DNA from: Minisyncoccota bacterium
Lineage (GTDB): Bacteria; Patescibacteriota; Minisyncoccia; Phycocordibacterales; Phycocordibacteraceae
Length of the DNA: 64,000 nucleotides
Assembly: GCA_022841985.1 (NCBI GenBank)
Contig: JALHQL010000002.1
Coordinates: 4,211 to 68,210, forward strand
Direction of reading: 5' to 3'
The notes below the pieces were generated by a model. The model ran no database searches, was not told the origin of the DNA, and was given only the letters and a program-made list of their open reading frames with translations. The translations under genes were made by a program, and so were the position numbers. How positions within the stretch are numbered: the stretch's first letter is position 1; the number at the start of each line of letters is the position of its first letter. Below are positions 57,361 to 64,000 of this stretch, in pieces.

Positions 57361-58092
57361 TTATGAACCAATATGGAATGGACGAACATGTAAGTCTAAT
57401 ATAGGGCGCACATCTTTCATTGGAAAATTTCTGTTTCCAAAAGCGATTGGGGAAACTGGAGAGCTCGTACAGCCGCCCGGTGAAGCATGACTGTAAAACG
57501 CTACGTCAGTAGGATCTTTAGGAATGGTTTTATCTAGAGTATAGAGAGATTCTGCGGATTGATAAACGTTGGTAGAAGCATAGAATGCGGTAGCCTCTGA
57601 TAGTCCTTGGCCGTGATAGGCTTGACCGCTGCAATCAGAGCTTTCAAAATATATTGGACTTTGAGTAGATACGCCAAGGTGGGGTCCAAAGCTCCCGTTA
57701 ACACTTACAGCTACAATAACCCCTAGATTCTTTTCAAGAATTTCAAAACTATCTGGAAAGGGCGCAGTACTAGTTATGTATCCAATCACTTGATCATTTG
57801 CATCGTACAGTTTGGCACCACTACCCTCAGGACCCTGAGGGCCGATAGGCCCTTGAATTCCCTGTGGGCCTTGAGGACCTTCAATATTAAACGTGACAAG
57901 TTGCTCATTTGAACTGCACGCCTGTTTGGCGAAACCAGTACCAATGATATACGAGACCCCGGATTGCTTTACGCACATGCTAATTTCTGTACCGGCTGCG
58001 TGCGAAAATGACCAGGCACTCAAGCTCAGTACTGCTGTGACTATCGCCAGCACTATAACTTGTGTCTGATTGATAGAAATATTTTTGAACAT
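57361..58092 (-). CDS. secreted protein with collagen-like Gly-X-Y repeat segment
   Basis: signal peptide; GPQGPQGIQGPIGPQGPEG (six consecutive GXY triplets). Confidence 0.5.
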   Translation of the reverse strand: MFKNISINQTQVIVLAIVTAVLSLSAWSFSHAAGTEISMCVKQSGVSYIIGTGFAKQACSSNEQLVTFNIEGPQGPQGIQGPIGPQGPEGSGAKLYDANDQVIGYITSTAPFPDSFEILEKNLGVIVAVSVNGSFGPHLGVSTQSPIYFESSDCSGQAYHGQGLSEATAFYASTNVYQSAESLYTLDKTIPKDPTDVAFYSHASPGGCTSSPVSPIAFGNRNFPMKDVRPILDLHVRPFHIGS

Positions 58093-58145
58093 ACTGTGTT
58101 TAGTTACCGAATAATCTTATTCACAAATATACCACGCCTGTATAA

Positions 58146-61100
58146 CTATGGATTGGCCGGGGACGCTTCTGTCGGAGGAGGAATCGGTTCTGGAGTTATT
58201 TCTGGTGTCGGGACTACAGTCGGCTCTGGGCTTGTCGGAGGAGAAGTTGGTTCGGGCGTCGGTTCGAGTGTAGTCGGGGTCACTGAAGATTCTAAGGTGG
58301 GGATAGGAGTCACCGTAGGTTCTGGAGTTGGTGTCGGTTCTGGTGTAGGCGTTACTACGGACGATGTCGTTGTGGAAATATTGACTGGAGTTGGTTCGGG
58401 CGTAGGCTCAGGTGTCGGTGTCAGTTCTGGTGGTGTCGGTTCTGGTGTAGGCGTTACTACGGACGATGTTGTTGTAGCGGTCGGAGAAAGAGTTGGTTCC
58501 GGTGACATGCTTGTCGCGACTGGCGGTGGCGGAATATCTGTTGCGACTGGTGCGACGACTTGATCGAGTGAGAGAGGTACCTCTTCAGAATTAAATGTCT
58601 TTGCTCCTTTCACTGCGAGCGCCATCCAGCTGAATTGAATATCGGCAGTCGCGGGTTTATTGATAAGCACGGTGAAGCCCTTCGTGCTCTTGTCAGTAAT
58701 AAGATAGCGAACATCATCAGCAAATATGGCTTCAGCGGCAGCAGAGGTCAGTGCAGTATTGGTAGCTGTATCAAGAGAAATAGAGGTATGTACGATCGGC
58801 TGCTCAAGATATTCTCGATCGAAGGTGACGCTTACTTTCCTACTTCCCTTCTTCACCACCGCAAATCCGGCAGTATCGGTAGTGAAGTATGGCCGACCGA
58901 TGAACACTGCATCCCCGCCGACGAAGAGATTCCCAGAGGAATCAAACGACGCGACTGGCGTGGACGACGCATCCGTACTGGTATTGAATAGTGCAAATTG
59001 CGTCCCAGTCGCAAGATTGAGTGAGATACCAGCGGCAGAGACCGCCGCAATATTACTCACGGTTAGTGTGTCACTGGTCAACTGCGGTGTAATTATTTCA
59101 AACGCTGAACTTATACGGTCAGTGAAGATTTCCGAGCTCACCTCACGATTTGCTCGTGTCTCTTTGAGGTTCTTCAAAAACGCGAGGATATTGGACCTGC
59201 GCATGGCGGCCTGGTTATCTTGCGTGAGCGGTATATTCGCTATCGCAAGTCCTTCGGCAGAAAGGTCCGTCGTCGATGCTGCCAAAGTAGAAGGAAGTGC
59301 GTCAATTGAGAACCCTGCTTCTTGCATCACAACACTGATAGATTCCCCACTGTAGTCAACGAGATTTACAAACACCATCACCGTTCCGCACTTTGTCGTT
59401 GGGAGACTTCCCATACCCTCTACAGGACAAGCCGTCGCAGCGCTCTCATTGAAGTCTTCAAGCGCTTTACCCAGCACACGACCAGCCTGGGTCGCACGCA
59501 TGGCATATCCGGAAATAGAAGCGGAGGTGAGAACATCGCCCGCTCTTATAGAGCCGTTCTCGTTACTTACCTTCACCGGCACACGCCCGATAAGACCGAT
59601 TGGGTAGGAATTTTCCGTATACGCACCCGCGATAAAGCCCGGCTCGGTCGATACCACGCCGAGAACATTGCGCTGATACTGACCGGTCGCTTTTATGACT
59701 CCTTGTGGCGTATTTGGATCAATCATCACCACCTCGCCAGGCATGAGGACTTGAGTGGATGTGTAATTTTCTGCCAAGTCGGCGCCGCCGCTGTAGAAAC
59801 CACCGTTCGCCGCAGCATAGATGTTCCCGTCTGAGCTCACACGCATCATGTTACGACCATTGCTCTGAAGATTGAGGAGGTCTTGGCCATTATTCAATGC
59901 GAACTGGAAGACCGTCGGCGTGCTGACTGTCTTATACGGATAGACCATGCCGGCGCCGCTGTTTACCACGCCGTCGTTCACTTGCCACGATGACGGGAAG
60001 TCACGGCGGAAGTTGATTTTCACCTGTGCCCATGTCTCACCGCCTGTGTTGAAAATACTGCTTGAAGGTTTGCCGATAGTGGACCAGCTGGTGGTTGCCA
60101 AGTTCGCCTGGGAGGTGCCGACGCGTGCTGCCATCGAGACATAATTATCAGCCGATTGTTTCCAACTAAGCATCGCATTTGCCGCAAGCGCCGGCACGGC
60201 AATTTGTTCAGAGGTGTACTGGCCATCCGGATACCAGCCGGCGTCATAAATCATAACGCTGTTGGTACCGTTACCCGCGATGATGACGAACTTGCCGTCA
60301 GGGCGCTGGAAGGCAACCGCTCCTGGACCTATACCGGTTGGCAAAACTGGGCCAACTACAGTGATTCCGAGTTGACTTACACCGGAAGCTGCGGACGCCG
60401 CTGGTCCTGTGCCCGCAGGAATAATAATGTTCGTCGTTACAGCATTAGTTCCATTATTTCCGTTCAATTGTAAGAACGTGCCGTCTGGTCTTGGGATGAT
60501 GAGTCCTCCTCTACCGGCATTGTTTGTTAGTCCTGGTGCGCCAATTGAGCTTGCTCCGCTATCGGGATTGATGATGTTGGTGGTAAGTTGATTTGCTCCG
60601 GCAATAATTTCCCAGAACCCATCCGCTCTCTGGAACGAATACGCGCCGCATCCCGGGAGGGTAGTTGTGAGTGGAGCACCCTGCGAGAACATCTTAGACC
60701 TCGGATTATAATTGAATGTGGTTGTCGTACCGACACCGCCATCTTGAGCGCCAGGAAGAAACTTGTATATGCCGTTTCTAAGTGGGATTGCTAGAGAGCC
60801 GCAGTTGACACGTGCTGGTTGGTTACCTGGACCTGGCAGGTTAAATGGGATGTCCGGACCAGAAAGCATGGTCATACCTGCCACATCGCGCACTGGATCA
60901 TAGATAGAAGTCTTTATTCCTGAAATCGATAAGACAGTCGATGACGCTGTGCCATGCACGATGGTATACGTGCCATCGGTGTTTGGGATCGACAAGGCTC
61001 CGGCTCCGGCATTTCCAGAGAGGTTTGGTCCGTTCGTGAAGATGTTTGAGACAGGGTCATAAATATTGGTTTTATTGGATACAGCGGCAGTGGTACTACC

Positions 61101-64000
61101 CATGACGATGAGGAATTTACCGTCGGGAAGTTTGAGTGCAAAGCCGCCGAGACCATTTGCAACAGTCGGAGCATTACTTCCCGACTGCTTCGAAAACGTC
61201 TGCGTATTTGGGTCATAGAGAGTGGCATTCACCGAAGGTGTGGAACTCGATACGAGAATCACGAAGGTCTTGTTCGGGCGTGCAATGACTATCGTACTTG
61301 AGGTCGCATGCACCACTGGAAGATTAGCGTGCGCTGTTGAGAAGTTCCCGAGGTAATAAGGAAGGGTTAATGCGGCGGTAGTGAGCGGAGTCGTGGTACC
61401 TGTGAGACGTCCGAGCGGGAGGTAGACACGATCGGAGAGTGTTTCAGCTTTGTTCAGAACCGGACCGGAGCTATCGGTCTGCGGGGCAGCGGAATTTGCA
61501 CTCGGCAAATTGAAAGCGAAGTTGTCGCGTCGAAGAAAGGCTGAATTATCTACAACCAGTTCAAACAAGCTCGGTGAGAAATATTCGAGCGGAACCATCG
61601 TCGACGAGTCCTTTTCAGAGAAAACTCCGCGGTCATAGATAGATTTTTTCGGCACCGGACGCGTGAAGTTCACCGTAATCTGCAGACAATTGTCAGTCGT
61701 ACCTGCGGGACGAATAACGTCGCCTGAGTTAAGAATTTCTCGATCAGTTGCTCCGGAGAGCGCGGCTATCGTACATGATCCGGCATCCGCAGCGTTCACC
61801 GAGCGGACAAGGAACTGCAAACTTGACGTGGCGTTCTGACTGCCTGCCATGTCTTTTTGGATATCAGCGCCCCACCGGAGTACCGATGAGGCATTAAGTG
61901 CGGTCGAGTATATGGCTTCTGTTTTATATTGTGACCCTGTGCCGTTCATCACAAGACCGGTGCTGAAATTGTTTGCGGTAGTACCACCACCGCCAGTGAG
62001 TATCTGCCATGAGCCATCGGTGCGCAGGATAGAAAGTGCGCCTGTGCCTATATTGTTAGTGTTCGTGCCGGCAAAGAAGAGGTCGCTGTTTGGATTATAG
62101 ATATATGTATTGGGATTACCGCCGCCGACAAGAATAAGGTACGTCCCATTTTGCATCGGAATGGCATGCGCTCCGACACCAAGTGCCGTCGCAGGACCAT
62201 TGCTGGTTCGACAGGTGAAGATATTCGCGATGGGATCATACAGCGATGAGGCATTCGCCTTTGAGAGCACCACGTACTTCCCGTCTGGACGTTTGAGCGC
62301 GACCGAACCAAGACCGTTTATTTCACAACCTGTACCAAGATCTGGGCCGTTGATAAATGAACCGGTGGAAGTCGCCATATAAAGTGAGGTGGTGGCTACG
62401 TTCACTCCGCCCGCGACAAAAAGTGCTGCAAAGCCAGTGGTGCTCGATGCTACAGGAATGACGAGTGCTCCTTGCCCCGACGTGGTGGCGACCGGCCCTA
62501 GTTGGAAAGTATCTGTTATTGGGTTATAGAGCTGGGTGGCATTCGTGCCGTTACCGTTTGTGAATATATAGGTGCCGTCTGGCCGCAAGAAAGAGACAGT
62601 GCCGGTGGCGACTGCCGTCACCGCGACGCTTGCACCGACGGCGAAATAACCCGACGGATCGACCAGAGAAGTGGTGGTGAGACCGCCACCGTGAACGACG
62701 CGATACTGTCCGCCAGGGCGAGGGAACGCTAGTGAGCCTCCGGCCACGACACCAATCATCGTTGAAGTGGTCGCAGTGAAGGTACCTCCCGTGCTACTTG
62801 CCGTGTTTGAGTCATAGAATTGAATGACGTTTGTACCGCCACCGTTAATAATCATGTACCTCCCGTTCGCTGCTGCAAGAGCGATTGCTCCGGTACTGAT
62901 AGCCGACCCGGCTGCCGTCTGACCGCCGGTGGTGACAGTGCCGGAGCCGTTATTTGGCACAGTACCCTCCGATTGTCTCAATTGGCCATTCGCATTTGTG
63001 AGCTTGTCCCCCACCGTACCGAGCGCGAATTCGGCAGTCGTGTTTCTGACGATATTGCTATCTGCGCCATTGATTGTGAGCGCACCATTATTTGCAACAC
63101 TAAATTTATCTACCCCGCCCTGCTGAAGAGTAAGAAGTCCTCCGGCGCCACGCTGGTCGATAATTGCAGCTGCGATGACCGCCGAAGTACTTGAGGCAGT
63201 CAGCGTCGCCATCGGAGAAGAACTGCCGACACCGAGACGACTATTTGTCTTGTCCCACGTAAAGTTGGTAACGGCATCAAGCGCATTGCCCGTATTGAAC
63301 TGTATATTCCCCGTACTTCCTGCCGCGGTTGCGGCTCCAGCATTGACGGTGCATTCTGTTTGTCCGGTACCGTTTATACAGTTTATTCCGGTGCCGAGGA
63401 AAGCGAGAGTTGAAACTTGCGTGAGCGTTCCTTGCGTATCGTCGGTTATTGTCGAGTACCCACCGCCGCCTGCAGACGAGGTAGCTACAAACGCGAGACC
63501 CCCTGTCACATTTGACCACCCGAGTACTTGTCCACCTGTACCGACACCATAGAGACTTGAAGTCGCCATAGGTGCAGTATTTCCTGTTGCAGCATTGCCA
63601 AGAACACCTGCAGCTTGTGACCCATACGACGTGGTATTGCCAGAGGAGGTGATGACACCACTGAGGTTTGCATTCGTCGTGACGGTGCCGGCATTGCCAG
63701 AGATGCTCATGTTCTGGGTGTTTGTCCACGTATTGGTGTCAGCAAGAAGTGTGGTGGAAGCAACCACGATATTTGCCGAACCGTTGAAGGAGACACCGTT
63801 GATAGTGCGAGCGGTTTGGAGTGTGGTGGCGGTGCCTGCATTGCCACCGATGGAAAGAGAGGAGGTAGCGACTTCAACAAGTGCACTGCCGGCACTGTTG
63901 GTATAGAGGAGTCGATTGCCGGTGATGGATGAGAGGCCGGTGCCGCCGTTTGCAATAGCGACAATACCCGTGACATTTCCTGCGGTACCGCCGATGTTGA
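58146..64000 (-). CDS. giant surface protein (more than 1950 aa, N-terminus beyond the window): propeller-like repeat array, conserved central domain, Pro/Thr-rich C-terminal tail
   Basis: the ORF-track M at 63767 is an internal GTG; the frame stays open to 64000; about 12 repeats of the pattern RPDG-Y-I-GGG-IYNP-F; C-terminal (PTPE)n tail. Confidence 0.7.
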   Translation of the reverse strand, partial: NIGGTAGNVTGIVAIANGGTGLSSITGNRLLYTNSAGSALVEVATSSLSIGGNAGTATTLQTARTINGVSFNGSANIVVASTTLLADTNTWTNTQNMSISGNAGTVTTNANLSGVITSSGNTTSYGSQAAGVLGNAATGNTAPMATSSLYGVGTGGQVLGWSNVTGGLAFVATSSAGGGGYSTITDDTQGTLTQVSTLAFLGTGINCINGTGQTECTVNAGAATAAGSTGNIQFNTGNALDAVTNFTWDKTNSRLGVGSSSPMATLTASSTSAVIAAAIIDQRGAGGLLTLQQGGVDKFSVANNGALTINGADSNIVRNTTAEFALGTVGDKLTNANGQLRQSEGTVPNNGSGTVTTGGQTAAGSAISTGAIALAAANGRYMIINGGGTNVIQFYDSNTASSTGGTFTATTSTMIGVVAGGSLAFPRPGGQYRVVHGGGLTTTSLVDPSGYFAVGASVAVTAVATGTVSFLRPDGTYIFTNGNGTNATQLYNPITDTFQLGPVATTSGQGALVIPVASSTTGFAALFVAGGVNVATTSLYMATSTGSFINGPDLGTGCEINGLGSVALKRPDGKYVVLSKANASSLYDPIANIFTCRTSNGPATALGVGAHAIPMQNGTYLILVGGGNPNTYIYNPNSDLFFAGTNTNNIGTGALSILRTDGSWQILTGGGGTTANNFSTGLVMNGTGSQYKTEAIYSTALNASSVLRWGADIQKDMAGSQNATSSLQFLVRSVNAADAGSCTIAALSGATDREILNSGDVIRPAGTTDNCLQITVNFTRPVPKKSIYDRGVFSEKDSSTMVPLEYFSPSLFELVVDNSAFLRRDNFAFNLPSANSAAPQTDSSGPVLNKAETLSDRVYLPLGRLTGTTTPLTTAALTLPYYLGNFSTAHANLPVVHATSSTIVIARPNKTFVILVSSSTPSVNATLYDPNTQTFSKQSGSNAPTVANGLGGFALKLPDGKFLIVMGSTTAAVSNKTNIYDPVSNIFTNGPNLSGNAGAGALSIPNTDGTYTIVHGTASSTVLSISGIKTSIYDPVRDVAGMTMLSGPDIPFNLPGPGNQPARVNCGSLAIPLRNGIYKFLPGAQDGGVGTTTTFNYNPRSKMFSQGAPLTTTLPGCGAYSFQRADGFWEIIAGANQLTTNIINPDSGASSIGAPGLTNNAGRGGLIIPRPDGTFLQLNGNNGTNAVTTNIIIPAGTGPAASAASGVSQLGITVVGPVLPTGIGPGAVAFQRPDGKFVIIAGNGTNSVMIYDAGWYPDGQYTSEQIAVPALAANAMLSWKQSADNYVSMAARVGTSQANLATTSWSTIGKPSSSIFNTGGETWAQVKINFRRDFPSSWQVNDGVVNSGAGMVYPYKTVSTPTVFQFALNNGQDLLNLQSNGRNMMRVSSDGNIYAAANGGFYSGGADLAENYTSTQVLMPGEVVMIDPNTPQGVIKATGQYQRNVLGVVSTEPGFIAGAYTENSYPIGLIGRVPVKVSNENGSIRAGDVLTSASISGYAMRATQAGRVLGKALEDFNESAATACPVEGMGSLPTTKCGTVMVFVNLVDYSGESISVVMQEAGFSIDALPSTLAASTTDLSAEGLAIANIPLTQDNQAAMRRSNILAFLKNLKETRANREVSSEIFTDRISSAFEIITPQLTSDTLTVSNIAAVSAAGISLNLATGTQFALFNTSTDASSTPVASFDSSGNLFVGGDAVFIGRPYFTTDTAGFAVVKKGSRKVSVTFDREYLEQPIVHTSISLDTATNTALTSAAAEAIFADDVRYLITDKSTKGFTVLINKPATADIQFSWMALAVKGAKTFNSEEVPLSLDQVVAPVATDIPPPPVATSMSPEPTLSPTATTTSSVVTPTPEPTPPELTPTPEPTPEPTPVNISTTTSSVVTPTPEPTPTPEPTVTPIPTLESSVTPTTLEPTPEPTSPPTSPEPTVVPTPEITPEPIPPPTEASPANP
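58330..58475. repeat. two 44-bp near-identical direct repeats (43/44), 102 bp apart, inside the Pro/Thr-rich tail-coding region
   Basis: GGTGTCGGTTCTGGTGTAGGCGTTACTACGGACGATGT(C/T)GTTGT at 58330..58373 and 58432..58475. Confidence 0.8.

Noticed and set aside
58060-58563. 167-aa plus-strand ORF rich in Gly/Val/Ser
   Set aside because: It is the antisense reading of the Pro/Thr-rich tail of the giant minus-strand gene, a low-complexity artefact.
1-64000. CRISPR arrays, rRNA genes, IS elements or transposases
   Set aside because: No spaced short direct repeats, no rRNA-like conserved stretches, and no transposase-like ORFs were seen on either strand.

Overview
This 64-kb window reads as a compact, gene-dense bacterial chromosome segment. 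The gene content and the many short or fused proteins suggest a small-genome lineage such as the Candidate Phyla Radiation (Patescibacteria); that placement is inference only. Most of the window is housekeeping, and most of it is on the + strand.

Recognisable housekeeping genes include:
- ribosomal cluster: infA, rpmJ, rpsM, rpsK, rpsD, rpoA, rplQ, rplM, rpsI;
- six aminoacyl-tRNA synthetases: alaS, tyrS, trpS, aspS, gltX, cysS;
- the chaperone cluster grpE-dnaK-...-dnaJ;
- cell-wall and division genes: murA, mreB, mraY, ftsW, murG, a D-Ala-D-Ala carboxypeptidase, an M23 peptidase and ctpA;
- replication and repair genes: dnaB, recR, ung, a delta-prime-like holB, an AlkA-like glycosylase, and scpA/scpB.

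Two tRNA genes are present: tRNA-Asn(GTT) on the - strand at 4529..4604, and tRNA-Tyr(GTA) on the + strand at 33839..33922.

The accessory or unusual content is:
1. A putative integrated-element edge at the left of the window. A single-chain MmeI-like Type IIG restriction-modification enzyme is translationally coupled to a large serine recombinase, and the recombinase reading frame runs into the 3' half of tRNA-Asn.
2. A giant surface-protein gene (more than 1950 aa) on the - strand at 58146..64000, truncated by the window edge. It has about 12 propeller-like repeats and a Pro/Thr-rich C-terminal tail encoded by near-identical DNA direct repeats. Immediately downstream of its stop lie a collagen-like secreted protein, a beta-lactamase-fold protein and a small membrane-anchored protein, all on the - strand.
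3. Several gene fusions and variants: a Def-Fmt fusion protein, an esterase-GT2 glycosyltransferase fusion inserted in the dnaK cluster, a cysteine-less (non-zinc) L36, an IF-1 with a loop insertion, and a CorA-like protein with AMK in place of the GMN signature.
4. Several short orphan proteins with their own promoter-like and terminator-like signals, and a 400-bp unexplained gap between tyrS and tRNA-Tyr.

No CRISPR array, rRNA gene or transposase was seen.
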